A stretch of DNA of 63,556 bases, filler included, from Licmophora abbreviata (Eukaryota), in the NCBI GenBank assembly GCA_900291995.1. It is 16 parts of 16 records of this genome, joined end to end, with 100 filler letters (N's around TTAATTAATTAA, not from the genome) between each part and the next. Parts side by side here need not be neighbours in the genome. Positions count along the whole stretch, not along the records: positions 1 to 1,866 come from OLMU01002671.1; positions 1,967 to 3,059 come from OLMU01002672.1; positions 3,160 to 5,166 come from OLMU01002673.1; positions 5,267 to 10,542 come from OLMU01002674.1; positions 10,643 to 24,297 come from OLMU01002675.1; 11 more parts are not named here. One strand, written 5' to 3'. The position numbers and the translations under genes are program-made. Under the pieces are notes generated by a model that made no database searches, was not told the DNA's origin, and saw only the letters and a list, made by a program, of their open reading frames with translations. Below, piece by piece: positions 1 to 11,538 of the stretch; within the stretch, counting starts at the first letter, position 1, and the number at the start of each line of letters is the position of its first letter.

Positions 1-483
1 AACTGGCTGTGTTGTTGTTGCTGGCTTCCGAGCTTGGTCAACCAGCCTGGGATAAATTGACTCTCCTTCATAGACTCCAACTAAGCTATCGGCCTCCGAC
101 GAACTCAGACTTGTTTCATTTGATAGAAGGTTGATACCGATGTCACTTTCCTCACGAGTCTGATCGTGTTCAGCCATTATCTCTGGTTGCCATGACTCTG
201 AATTCAAGTCGGGCATACTAAAATTGTCACGAGAAGACAATTTTCCCGGTGCACTGGTATCATCAGGTGTAGAAGAATCTTGCGAGTTACCTCCAGCGGG
301 TCTCTCGTGCTGATCGTCGAATGTGTCAGCATCAAACCCTCGCTCCGGTGCAGTAAGAGTAATTTTTGGTTTGGCGCCAAAAGTGCTGCTGATGGACCGG
401 TTGGAACTCGAGGAAGTCGACAATATTTCCTGCGAGGACGACAGACTCTCGTCTTGCATCATGAAAAGTCCCACGTCGTCCAT
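1..483 (-). CDS. Hypothetical Ser/Asp/Glu-rich protein, 5' part (runs off the window edge)
   Basis: Manual translation from ATG at 483 (MDDVGLFMMQDESLSSSQEILSTSSSSNRS...) stays open for 161 codons to position 1. Missing from the ORF track because it has no stop. No family recognised. Confidence 0.5.
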   Translation of the reverse strand, partial: MDDVGLFMMQDESLSSSQEILSTSSSSNRSISSTFGAKPKITLTAPERGFDADTFDDQHERPAGGNSQDSSTPDDTSAPGKLSSRDNFSMPDLNSESWQPEIMAEHDQTREESDIGINLLSNETSLSSSEADSLVGVYEGESIYPRLVDQARKPATTTQPV

Positions 484-818
484 GGTATTAGCAACTCATT
501 CTCTTGGAAGATTTGATGTCAATCACAACGCCATTGTACCTCGTCATTTTGTAGTCGAATGCGGTCATCGTCAATCGCCGCTTTCCCGCAATATCCATTC
601 TTTATGTTGAGGGTCATTCTGATGGTCGGATGGGGTCATTCACGACTTGCCGCTTACCGCACGGGACTGTATTGATAAAAAGGTGGGCGACTAGTGAATG
701 GCATCAGCTCCCATGGTAGCGAGCCATTGGGGCCCGGGGGACTTCCTTTGTCACGCTTTGTTCAGGAAACTGCGTTTTAGAAGAGGATAGGCGGTACTCT
801 ATAATAATAATAATGGGA

Positions 819-1477
819 TCATGCGGACACCGGCATGAGCTGTTCAATTGACATATGCGAGCTCATTCTCTCTCGCTTCTCCTTCACGGCTAGTTCAGCA
901 GATGCACGGAGCGACTGATCCAAAAAGAGCAGACCGCTCTCATACCATCCATTCCCCTGTTCCATTCGATCCTTTTTCGCAAGGTTTAGAGCTCTCTGGC
1001 TTGCGCCATGCGACAGCGACGCTGCCACATGACTGATCAACCCTGCATCTGTGATACCCAGCATCTCTTGTCGCTCTTGCTCGAATAGAACAGCGTCTCG
1101 GACAGCAAGTTGCTCTTGTTTGTACATGCGCCGGTGACGGGAAGATCGGAATCGTTCGAGTCCCCTCATGCACCACCTGCCGTGCTCGCCGTCGAGAAGC
1201 ACCTTTCGGAGCGTATGCTTTCGTTCCATTCCAATCCGATAGTAGTCCTTGGTCTGTAAAACAGAGATTAATTTTCAGATAGACGTGGTGAGCAAGGAGA
1301 GTCCGCAACTGTGATATTCACAACGATGATTCCAAAACGTACCGTGTACCAGCACGACTGAGTCTCTTGTTTAGAGAACGTCTCCCTCATCGTGATCTCA
1401 GGATCTTCGCGGAACCGAACTCTCTTCACCATAGCTGGCTGCAAGTCACGATAAAAGGTTGGAGCATAGGGTGACAT
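819..1477 (-). CDS. Uncharacterised diatom-type protein (VRF...WY...CxRGLE...VLxEQ pattern), 2 exons
   Basis: ORF 1268..1477 (KRVRF...SCWYT) joins ORF 819..1229 in frame through a GTACGT...TTTACAG intron (1342..1254), giving WYT-TKDYYRIGMERK...WCMRGLE...AVLFEQERQ...RALNLAKKD. Confidence 0.7.
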
Positions 1478-1866
1478 GGTGCTGACTCAAGTGAAGTGTG
1501 ACTTTAAGAGAGGAAAAATTGTGAGGAACGTGACAGAATGCGACGTGTGGGTCCGTATCGGACGGAATCACGAGTCGGGCCAATGGTCGCGGCACATCAC
1601 CCGAAATCTCATATGCTACAATCACGCCTGTATAGTATGGGTATCATCTACGTGGTTCACACGGGAATGGAAGAGAAGATTTATCGTCCGTGTCGCTCCT
1701 ATGATAGTACCGCGCCGGTTCACGATACGTGACGATGATGTGACGCGACCATCACACATGGCAGACATCGCACGAGAACAACGCACGGGGTCATTTGCAA
1801 GCATCATCAGCAGCACAGCAACACAACCCATCATCACCATCTTTGATGCACAAAAGGCGCAATAAT

Positions 1867-1966
1867 NNNNNNNNNNNNNNNNNNNNNNNNNNNNNNNNNN
1901 NNNNNNNNNNTTAATTAATTAANNNNNNNNNNNNNNNNNNNNNNNNNNNNNNNNNNNNNNNNNNNN
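1867..1966. other. Artificial scaffold spacer (44 N + TTAATTAATTAA + 44 N). Identical spacers start at 3060, 5167, 10543, 24298, 27920, 29946, 37131, 46279, 50815, 53196, 55091, 57274, 59839 and 62162.
   Basis: Fixed 100-nt length. The palindromic core puts a stop in all six frames. Flanks often repeat across the gap. Confidence 0.97.
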
Positions 1967-1982
1967 CACAAAAGGCGCAATA

Positions 1983-3059
1983 ATGGCGCTTCGGCGATCG
2001 GAAGGTTACATTCGTTACGCATTAGCTGTCCAGTATCATGGCCCGACGTCTCTGGGGGTTGTGTATCAGGGAAAACAGGGGGAAAACTGCATTCTTCCGG
2101 ACGGCACCGATTTGCGAGGCGTCCGATCGGTCGAGGGTCGACTGCGGGAAGCATTGGGTGCCCTGGTGGGAACGGAAAACTACGAAAACATCCAGGTCAG
2201 CTCACGAACAGATCGGGGCGTGCATGCCTTGAAGAATACTCTTCATGTGGACATTCGACCGCGACGCAGAGAGACCGAGCACTGGGAACCGACCAGTCTC
2301 GTCAATGGCCTAAATTATTACCTGGTCAATCAAGGCAGCTACAATCAAGCAACGAATGACGAAGAAAATCGTCGGCATCGGAAACGTAGAAGAAAACCAC
2401 TTCTGAATATTCTGACTGGCATGCAGGAATTGCGCGTTGTCAATGGCGTGAAAGCTCCAGATACCATGGACAACCCGTTCAGCCCGGGTGACGACGTCAA
2501 CAACCAGCAGCCCTCAATTGTTGACTGGAATGCGAGGTTCAGTGCTACCCAGAGAGCGTATGTGTATCGAATATTACAATCACCGAACTGGAACTATGGT
2601 ATTCCGTTTGAGTGGGATCGGTCTTGGCGACTGCCCCATCAGAAGGATCCATTGGACATTGTGGCTATGCAAGAGGCTGGGCGATTTCTAATGGGGACAT
2701 GGGACTTTTCATCCTTTCGCGGAGCAGATTGTCAGAGGGCATCTCCATTCGCAACAATGAATCAGGTATCGGTACACTCGCAGCTCTATGGTGCGCCTGG
2801 AGGCGATCTTGTCGGGGGCGGCCTGTTGGGCATGGGGATCGTCGAGGACGCAGCAGAGGAAAACCGAGCATCTCTCGTGACGATCCGGATAGTAGGGAAA
2901 AGCTTTCTTTACCGGCAAGTTCGTAACATGGTCGCCTGTCTTGTCGATGTCGGTCGAGGGCGCATGCCTCCAGCGCAGGTCAAGGTGATTCTCGACAATG
3001 GTGACCGATCGAAAAACCCCGCAGCCATGGCACCTGCGCATGGACTATTTCTGGTTGAT
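1983..3059 (+). CDS. truA: tRNA pseudouridine(38-40) synthase, TruA family (3' end lost in gap)
   Basis: RYALAVQYHG, catalytic SSRTDRGVHA, ARFSATQRAYVYRI, GTWDFSSFR, GKSFLYRQVRNMV and APAHGLFL motifs. Confidence 0.93.
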
Positions 3060-3169
3060 NNNNNNNNNNNNNNNNNNNNNNNNNNNNNNNNNNNNNNNNN
3101 NNNTTAATTAATTAANNNNNNNNNNNNNNNNNNNNNNNNNNNNNNNNNNNNNNNNNNNNTTTTTAAACC

Positions 3170-3901
3170 TTAATCGTCTCTAATTTTGATCTTTTCCATA
3201 CTCAGGGCCTCTTCGGTGAGGTGACCCGTCTTGCGATAAACTTGTGCCCCCTCTGATCCAGATTTCAGTTCCTCTCGGGCAGTAGTAGCGGTCGAACCAG
3301 GTGGAAAACGCAGCCACCCCCACTTCGTGTACTCAGTATCTCCAATCTGTAAAGAACCGCCAATTACAAAGAGTTCCTCTCCTCCTGTGGAACCATCAGT
3401 GGTCGGGAATTCTTGATTCGGCTTGACCCAGCACATTTCGACGAGTTCTCTCGTTTTATCGTTGTGGTATAAGTGCAGAACGGATCCATATTCTGTACTC
3501 TCTTTCGCAATCTTACTATTGTCATAGTCCACATGAAGCGGATCAGTCCCTTCTCCTGTCTCCGCCATTTGCAATAACTTCACCATGATAGTACATCCAT
3601 CATCGTCGACCCAGGGTTCATGGGCACTTCCGATCGGGTTCCTTACATACATGCCCGCAGGAAATTCTCCAAACTGATCCTTGAAAGTGCCCTGGAGTAC
3701 CAAGAATTCTTCGCCACCGACGTGGGTATGCCGTGGAAACTTGGAATTGGGTTGGTACTCGACAATGGTCGTGGCACGGGCCTTTTCGGTGCCAATTCGA
3801 TCGAGCATGAATCGGTTGACGCCATACGAAGGCGACGCAATGTACTTGGACGCGTCAAAGTTTGTAGCGGCAAACAGCTTGAAGTTGGAATTGATCTTCA
3901 T
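3170..3901 (-). CDS. ChrR-like double cupin protein
   Basis: Intronless. GVNRFMLDRIGTEKARATTIVEY.PNSKFPRHTHVGGEEFLVLQG..D..G..PAG.YVRNP.GS.H.P, plus a second degenerate cupin (GGEELFVIGG...GWLRFPPG). Likely start MKIN at 3901. Confidence 0.85.
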   Translation of the reverse strand: MKINSNFKLFAATNFDASKYIASPSYGVNRFMLDRIGTEKARATTIVEYQPNSKFPRHTHVGGEEFLVLQGTFKDQFGEFPAGMYVRNPIGSAHEPWVDDDGCTIMVKLLQMAETGEGTDPLHVDYDNSKIAKESTEYGSVLHLYHNDKTRELVEMCWVKPNQEFPTTDGSTGGEELFVIGGSLQIGDTEYTKWGWLRFPPGSTATTAREELKSGSEGAQVYRKTGHLTEEALSMEKIKIRDD

Positions 3902-4477
3902 GCTGTTGCGCTGATGATGATTGATTGTTGTCTCAACACAATGAGATCTGTGCTTGCGTCTAGTGCGTTTCGAAACGTTGCCCGAGCAAAAAATTAAAGT
4001 GATCGAAGAAGTTCCAGACATGACGTGTGATGACGTGTCTGCCGCTTGGCACGCTTTACGCGTTCCTTCGAGGTCTTGAAAGGCATCATCAATCTCGCAG
4101 GGCGCGCCGCGATGTCATGCCTGATGCCATCGCATTGCACACATCACTACTAAAACGCGTCTTGACCATCATGGCCCGTTCTGCAATCGCTATAAGCCTT
4201 CAGCTGCATGCTCTGCCAGGTACGACAGAGTGATGTGAAGGCGTGAACGATAGGTGCAGAGATTTTGATCCAGTCGTTTGACGACAGCCACGACCGCGAG
4301 ACCCGAACTGCGAATCTTTTTGGTGACACTTTTTCGCCGTGACAGCGGAATGGAATAGTGGTGTCAACCGCAGACATTCCGCTTCGCATCCCACTCTCTC
4401 ATAAATGCTCTTGCAGTCAGTGATAATAACAACAACACCAATACAAACCTCTTTTTCTTGATTCGAAAGACACAACC

Positions 4478-5668
4478 ATGACATGGACGGGATTGCACGA
4501 CGCTGTCCTGCACCACAATGTTGACGAGGTGCAGCGACGTGTCCACAGCAATCCAGAGGAAGCCTTGAAAGTGGACGATCATGGCTCGACGCCCCTCCAC
4601 ATGGCATGTTGGGAGCATGCTGATCTGGTCATAATTCAAGCCTTGATGGAAGCCTATCCTGAAGGAGTACTCGAACACAACACGCATGGGGACACCCCAC
4701 TTCATGTCTTGCTGAGCAACCCGTACGCATCCCCAGACATTGTCCGAGCCTTGGTTAAGACGAACCCAATCGTCGCATCAATGCGCAACAAGGAAGGTCT
4801 GATGCCACTTCACGCGCTCTGTCGCAGCGATCCCAGCAACCACGATGTCATGGAGCTCCTCTTGGAAACCTATCCCTCAGCCGCTCTGACTCCGATCAAG
4901 GTACGTTCAGTGCGCAACCAGAAGTGAACCTAGCGTACCTCGATCGACATTGTCTCGCTTACCCCCGACTCATTTCTCGCGTAGATGGGCGATCCCGCCC
5001 CCAACAAGAGAGTCGATTCTCTTGACCAGCGCAAGGCGACAGACCACTTTCTCCTCCCAGGAGCCGTCCAGCTCAGTTCGAGCCCCAGCTCCGCGATGGA
5101 CTTGGAGTTTCGCGATCGTCGTCGCCAAGTCCGTGATGGCGCATATCCACTCCACATGGCACTGGCNNNNNNNNNNNNNNNNNNNNNNNNNNNNNNNNNN
5201 NNNNNNNNNNTTAATTAATTAANNNNNNNNNNNNNNNNNNNNNNNNNNNNNNNNNNNNNNNNNNNNTATCCACTCCACATGGCACTGGCCGCAAGCAGAA
5301 AGCCAGCCCAGGACACGGTTCGAATGTTGGTGCACGGAGCTCCAGAAGTCCTCGACAAGACCAACAAGTTTGGCGAAACGCCCTTGCACGTGGCACTGAC
5401 AAACGACGCTCCCGCAGCCATTATAGACGAGCTTGTGAGCCAAACGAAGTATGGCCCTTCTGCCTTGTCCATGGCGGAAACACGTCACGGAAACCTGCCG
5501 ATCCATGTGGCCGCCATGCATGGCTGTGATGCGCATGTGGCGCGATCAATGGTGGAACTAAAACCGGAAACCATTGAAGTTGTTAACAATCACGGCATGA
5601 AAGCATTCGAACTAGCCGTACTTTCGGGAAAGTGCAATGGAGACGTGATCCGCCTCTGGAAGATTTGA
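4478..5668 (+). CDS. Ankyrin-repeat protein (intron ~4901..4984; interrupted by gap 5167..5266 with overlapping flanks)
   Basis: Repeated motifs GSTPLHMAC, GDTPLHVLL, GLMPLHALC, GAYPLHMAL, GETPLHVAL and GNLPIHVAA. Confidence 0.9.
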
Positions 5669-6186
5669 AGAAACATAATATGAGTGCGACTTGGGGTGCA
5701 AGTGCTACAGTGGTGACATATATCTCGTTTTCGTACGTACGATTCTAGTTGACGCAATGATGCGATCGCATTGAGTGCGAAACAGGAACCGTATGACATA
5801 GACTATACTTCGTAGTGAGGAGCTTCCGACTTTTCGTTGTACTACTCACTGTATACGGATTGCCCTTCGAGCGCATCTAATTCAAGATTAGATCGCGCTC
5901 TGTGGATTAGACCTAAAAGAATAAGAGCTCGTGTTGCTGACTCGCTTTTTCGCGTGTGGCACGCGTGGTCGACTCACTCGACTCATTTCAATTCTACGAG
6001 AGTTCAGTACTGACACGTCAGATGGCAGGTCCTTGTCATCGAGCCCACACGCCACAAAAGTCGAGTCGACTCATCAACGCGATTATGACACAGTCGTCGT
6101 CGCTGTTACTTCGACGTTGTTCACTCTCGTCTCACAATTTAGCTGCGAAACACCACTCGCCTAGTCGATCTTCCTACCGCTGAACC

Positions 6187-7530
6187 ATGATGATCGATAA
6201 ACGATCACGCAGACGCTCCAGAGCCTCATTGGCATTTTCAGCAGTGTTCGCATGCTCAGCCGCTCTTGCTCCTTCTGAGGTTCATGCCTTCCTTCCGGGC
6301 GCTCCCTCACGTCTAGCCACCGGCACGCCCTTGTCCCGTACGGCTTTCAGACCTTCGCCACGCTCCGAACCAGTGTCGATGGATACTCTCCTAGCTGCTC
6401 ACAGCTCGACAGTGCAGTCGTCTTCTTCCTATGCTCCAAAGACCAACAAGACGAGACGTCTCTCACCCAACGAGGAACAGGATTTGCTCCGCGATGCCTT
6501 AGAACTACGCCGGCTGCAAAACCTCGAACAAGACCTGGCACTCAGAAGTCCTTCCCTCGACCTCCCCCTCCTCTCGCTCCGATCCAAGGAAGCAGGATAC
6601 GGTAATGACTGGGAAGCCTACGAGGATGCCAAGGATCGTGGCTATGTCGCGCGCGAGTCGCTTGTGACGCACAACATGGGCCTGGTGCACTACTGCGTGA
6701 ATGACATTCTAGGAACAAAGGGTGCCAACAAGAGACGGTTGAACTCGTTGTCACGCGATGACTTGATTCAAGAAGGCGCGATTGGCTTGGCACGAGCCGT
6801 CGATAAGTTCAATCCCTCCATGAACACCAAGTTCTCGACGTACGCCTACTATTGGGTCAGGGCGGCAGTGCTGCGATGCATTGCGGAACGAGACGATCTG
6901 ATGCGTGTGCCGGAACACGTGTCGGCAGCGATACGGAAAACGATGGCTGCGGCACAGCGACTAGGACTCGATACGAACGACGAGCTCAGTCCACTCTGGC
7001 GTGAAGCCAATGCTGCGAAGCAACTGGCAGAAGAAGCCGGATTGACTGACAAGCAACTCAAACAGGCAATACAGGTCAAGGAACGACGACGCATGGGAGG
7101 ATACGTTTCTTTCGAATCCTGGATGCAGAACGGAAAGGACATGGCATCCGACGTGGTCACTTCGAGCACTGCTTTGTCGTCCTCTGGTCTGGATGGGTCT
7201 CACATCAAGGATACTCTGTCGCGCTTTCTTCGACCCAAGGAGATGGAAGCTCTCAGCTGGCGGTATGGACTTAACACCAGTTCCCAAGAGGAGATCCAAC
7301 AAAAGCCATACCGAGACTATCTGGCCGAGGCCGAAGAACAAGTGTTTGGAATGGCTACCCCAGACCCTACGCCCGTCAAGGGAAAGTGGGGAGAAGCCAT
7401 GAGCTTCAACGAAGTGGGAAAGCACATGTCCATTTCAGCCGAGTATGGCCGTCGGTTATGCCACAAGGCACTCGACAAGCTCAAGCTCGCCGCCGAAGAA
7501 GGGCAGCTCGAGCCTGCGTTTCTCTACTAA
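6187..7530 (+). CDS. Nucleus-encoded, plastid-targeted RNA polymerase sigma-70 factor
   Basis: Signal peptide ending VHA-FLP. Region 2: HNMGLVHY...DLIQEGAIGLARAVDKFNP...KFSTYAYYWVR, followed by MRVPEH. Region 4: LSWRYGL...MSFNEVGKHMSISAEYGRRLCHKALDKLK. Confidence 0.92.
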   Translation: MMIDKRSRRRSRASLAFSAVFACSAALAPSEVHAFLPGAPSRLATGTPLSRTAFRPSPRSEPVSMDTLLAAHSSTVQSSSSYAPKTNKTRRLSPNEEQDLLRDALELRRLQNLEQDLALRSPSLDLPLLSLRSKEAGYGNDWEAYEDAKDRGYVARESLVTHNMGLVHYCVNDILGTKGANKRRLNSLSRDDLIQEGAIGLARAVDKFNPSMNTKFSTYAYYWVRAAVLRCIAERDDLMRVPEHVSAAIRKTMAAAQRLGLDTNDELSPLWREANAAKQLAEEAGLTDKQLKQAIQVKERRRMGGYVSFESWMQNGKDMASDVVTSSTALSSSGLDGSHIKDTLSRFLRPKEMEALSWRYGLNTSSQEEIQQKPYRDYLAEAEEQVFGMATPDPTPVKGKWGEAMSFNEVGKHMSISAEYGRRLCHKALDKLKLAAEEGQLEPAFLY

Positions 7531-7646
7531 GTTTTGCTTCACGATGGATACGACTTCTTTCCGTATTACTTTAATAAAAACCATAGACTCCATTACCAAC
7601 AACATTCATCCATTGACCGGTTACTAGTGTCTATTGTCTGGCATGT

Positions 7647-9477
7647 CTACCACAGTGTGCTTACGGTGTCGATAAATTCCTTCTGGTCTTTTGCTGCTAT
7701 CGCCCAGTAGCCATCCGTCGCTTGGACACTTGGCTTCGACACAGTCGGCGACATGATGCATTCTTCATCCAAGAATGGTGTGGAGGTTCGCGATTCGCCT
7801 TCTGCTTGCATCGCCAATGCTACTGCCACCATGCGTGCAACGCCCCGACTCGTACCCTCCTGACTGTCATTATCCAAGTACACCTCCATCCCAGTGGCAT
7901 CGGCCAGCATTTGTCGCCAGTGCTGGTTGCGTTCTAGTGCCGCACCGCTAACGATCAAATGCGGCCCCTTCTCGCCGTTAGCCATTGCAATACACCCTTT
8001 GACAAGCTGCACCACGGCGTTGACACGAAGCATGACACTTTCCAGACACGCCTTCAGAAACATGGCGGGAGTTGTCTCACGTGTAAGCCCCATGACACAT
8101 CCATTCGCGCCGTCACGATACCCCGTACTTCGCTCGCCACTCAGAAACGGTATCACCGTTAAGTTTGTAGAATGGGAGGATTCCTGCTCCTTGTCTTTTA
8201 CGGATACCGTCATCATGTCTTGGACTTGTTTCATGCAGTCGGCAAATGCTTCCGCATCACGGAGATTAAGGAACTCCCGAGCCCATTCCACCACACTGCC
8301 ACCATCTGTCAGAGCGCCTCCTAATACGACATACGACTTGTCCAAGCGATAGCACCACAGGCCTGACGGAACAATGAAGCTCGCTGGCTCATTCAAAATT
8401 GCTGCTGTAGAAGAGGACTTCGAGAGGGGAAGAACCACTCGCGCTGCGGCCGACGTACCAATCGTCACGGCAATCCGAGATGAGGTTGAGCACTTGCTCC
8501 CAATGTTGGCACATGCGCCGTCGCCGAGACCACTGAAAAAGTGACATGCCTCTCGTAAATCGGGCCAACGTGACCAGTACAAATTCTCTTCATTTTGGTT
8601 CCCTTCCTTCTTAACAGGAAGTCCAATGAAAGCCTCCGAATAGTCTACTAGTTCTGGCAATGCTTGTCGGCATTCTTCAGGCAACAGTACTAAAGCATCC
8701 GCATCCCACTCGCATCTCCGAAAGTTAAGCAGTCCCGTCCAGCTGGCTTCCGAATAGGAAATTGGCGACACGGCTCGACCGCACCACCGCGAAAGGCACA
8801 CACTCGCGAGCGTCTGCCACTTGTGAATCCTCTGAGATAGTTCTGGTCTTTCCCGATACAACTCTCGTAGCTGCGCCAACGCATATGCACTGTGTAAGGG
8901 AGCTCCTGTCGACTGATAGAGATTCGTCAGTTGTCCGGAAGAGTAGTCGCTGTACTTGTGGCATAGTAGCATCAACGCATTTCGGAAGATCAGTGAGGTC
9001 ATGTACTGCGAATGGCTTCCTCATGGTCAGCACGATTTTTCAGCTCCTTTCATCTTACCTTCGTATGCTCCGACACTCAGAGGCCACTTCCTGTGTGTTG
9101 CATGCATAGCTCAGGGTGGCTTCTTCGCCCACTAATTCTCCATCGACATCTACCGCTGCAAGATTCATGACAAAGGTCGAAAATCCCAACCCAACGATAA
9201 GGAATGTCTCTGACATTTTCACATGTAGTACTTGGAGAATCTCATCGATCGACGCATCAATCTCGTCCAACAGTGACAATGCGTTGTCGTCGCTGCCGTG
9301 TAGAGCAATCTGACCCAGAGTAGGACGGACTGACCGCCATCGCTTTTGAACAGAACACCCTTCCAGGGCTTCAACCCTGTATGGTGCGTCATCCAGAAGC
9401 CGATATGCCGAGCAGCGAATACTGCTGCTTCCAACGTCGATAGCCAGGATGATTTTACTCATTCTGGTCATCGTCAC
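7647..9477 (-). CDS. FGGY-family carbohydrate kinase, gluconokinase (GntK)-like; 2 exons (intron ~9058..8950)
   Basis: ILAIDVGSSSIRC phosphate loop, YQSTGAPLHSAY, SYSEASWTGL, GLGDGACANIG, VTIGTSAAARV, GGALTDGG, PFLSGERSTG and EGTSRG motifs. Confidence 0.88.
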
Positions 9478-9789
9478 ATCAAAATATAGTATCCGCGACG
9501 CCGCTTTGTCGCCGCCGGTGATGGATCTTGGTCGAAATGTCGAAGTTGAATGTGTTTGGAGATACGCATCACAAAAAGCGCGCGCCGCCGTATCTTTCGT
9601 TTTGCAAAAGCTCCAGAAAGGGCTAATGCATCCTTATACCTCGCATAATTCCGGGTTCAGTCCCATTCCGCGTCTCGGAACATTCTTGTGTGCTCGTCGC
9701 GACGATGCACTACGCAAGCCTCTCTTTGTTATTATTTCATGTTGCCTTTGTAACAGAACTCTTCCCTCACAACAGCAGCAGTGGCACAC

Positions 9790-10518
9790 ATGGTGGAAAA
9801 CAAAGGCTCCTTCTTTGATAATATGACGGATGAAGCGAACGAGCAGCGTCAGCCTTTGATGATGAACGCAACGGCTCCCACGGAAGAAGAAGAACAAGAC
9901 GACATGATCTTTGCTGCGACCGAGGCGACGCCAATTCTCCATGGCAACAACGACAATGATGTCGCTTCCAATCATGTCGAAAATCAAAAGGTTGGAGCTG
10001 GCGTTGCTGCCGGCGTTGTGGGTCTACTGTTGGGCGGTCCCTTTATCGGGGTGCTCTTGGGCTTTGGAAGTGCCTACGCGACCGGCAGAGACGGCGCGAC
10101 TGGCGATGCGGCACGTGCTTTGGGCGATGTGGCGTTACTGGCTTCTGCCAAGGCCAAGGAAGTGGACGACAAACACAATCTTATGGAAAAGAGCAAAGTG
10201 GCAGCCAATGAGGCTTGGGAGAAGGCCAAGGAGTTGGATCGCAGGCATCATGTGCTGGAACGTACGACAGAATTTGTCGTCTGGTCGTGGGAGAGTATCA
10301 AAGAAATCAATCGCAGACATCGATTGCTCGAACGTTCCATTGAAGCTGTGGGTCGTGGCATGGCGCATGTGGCGAAGAATATATCGGAAAAGTTGAATCC
10401 ACAGGGTGGCGATCATATGCATCATGGGGATGACGCTATTCCCGACATGAGTTTGGTCGGCGGTAGAAGCACGACTCAGGCGAATGCCAATATCGAACCC
10501 ATGGACACCAAGTTTTAG
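9790..10518 (+). CDS. Hypothetical protein with Gly-rich hydrophobic segment and helical repeats
   Basis: ~243-aa ORF containing VGAGVAAGVVGLLLGGP and GDAARALG, then three similar units (KEVDDKHNLME, KELDRRHHVLE, KEINRRHRLLE). Confidence 0.7.
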   Translation: MVENKGSFFDNMTDEANEQRQPLMMNATAPTEEEEQDDMIFAATEATPILHGNNDNDVASNHVENQKVGAGVAAGVVGLLLGGPFIGVLLGFGSAYATGRDGATGDAARALGDVALLASAKAKEVDDKHNLMEKSKVAANEAWEKAKELDRRHHVLERTTEFVVWSWESIKEINRRHRLLERSIEAVGRGMAHVAKNISEKLNPQGGDHMHHGDDAIPDMSLVGGRSTTQANANIEPMDTKF

Positions 10519-11538
10519 GGAGCCCTGGGTGGATGAGCTCCTNNNNNNNNNNNNNNNNNNNNNNNNNNNNNNNNNNNNNNNNNNNNTTAATTAATTAANN
10601 NNNNNNNNNNNNNNNNNNNNNNNNNNNNNNNNNNNNNNNNNNACTGTTCCACAATGTGTCTTTTAATTTAGTTGTCATTCATGAAATCGTTTCGTCTAGT
10701 AATAGACGCCAACTTCCAGAAGAATACCACTGTGTCACTCTGCTAGTAGACAATTAGAAAGGTGTCGTCAGATATGGCAGGGAAGTATTTACCACATCTT
10801 CTTTGGGCTCCCAACGGCGGCACCGGCCCAATCCTGGCTCGCCGCTTCAACCGGCGTTGGTTCTGCGGAGTCGTGGACGGCTATGTCATGACATTTATGG
10901 ACTTAAGTAAAACGGTTTAAATATCTATCATTTTCATTATGTTTAAAAGTACCCTAATGTATGTATATACAGTTTTGCAGGACTCATGGTGACGAGCAGA
11001 ATCAAAACCCGCGGCTCTTTTGCTCGTCGACCATGATGGCCGAACAGCGCGGCATCGATTTCAAAGCCTATTCGCGATCGCTTCCTCCCTCTTATTGACT
11101 CAATTACTCGTCACAGCTATCATGTCCATGTGGATGACCTCGGGCGCCAGTCGTCTCAAGGCGAAACAAGGACAAACGTTCGCGGCTCGTGCTCAGCAGC
11201 GATCTCGGGTGGTGGGGTCCGGTCGGCTCTTGAGCGGCCGACAGAACAGACGTATTCTTGGGCGGTCCTCGACGTCGCAGCATCGAAAGCGACTAGTAGG
11301 TACGGTGTACGATGCTTGAAGAACAGGTTTTTCGCGGCTGCCACATTGGTGATCGTGTCATTGGCTCAATCGTGTCGTATCTACAGAATCGACAAGAGGA
11401 TCATCTGAACCGAAGCAAGTCATCTTACGATCGTTTCTTCTCTTTGATCTTTTTCCAGTCGGAGAGAAGGCTACAATTGATTCAGTTCTCCCCCCTGATC
11501 GAGAAGAAGGCATCACCGTTTCGGTAGGCCTCGACGAC

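Noticed and set aside
1911..1922. Recurrent palindrome TTAATTAATTAA as a biological repeat or CRISPR-like element
   Set aside because: It is always centred in fixed N runs, so it is an assembly spacer. ORF ends reading 'XXXLIN' are artefacts of it.
6187..7530. Sigma-70 as evidence of bacterial contamination
   Set aside because: It carries a bipartite plastid-targeting peptide and lies between intron-containing genes.
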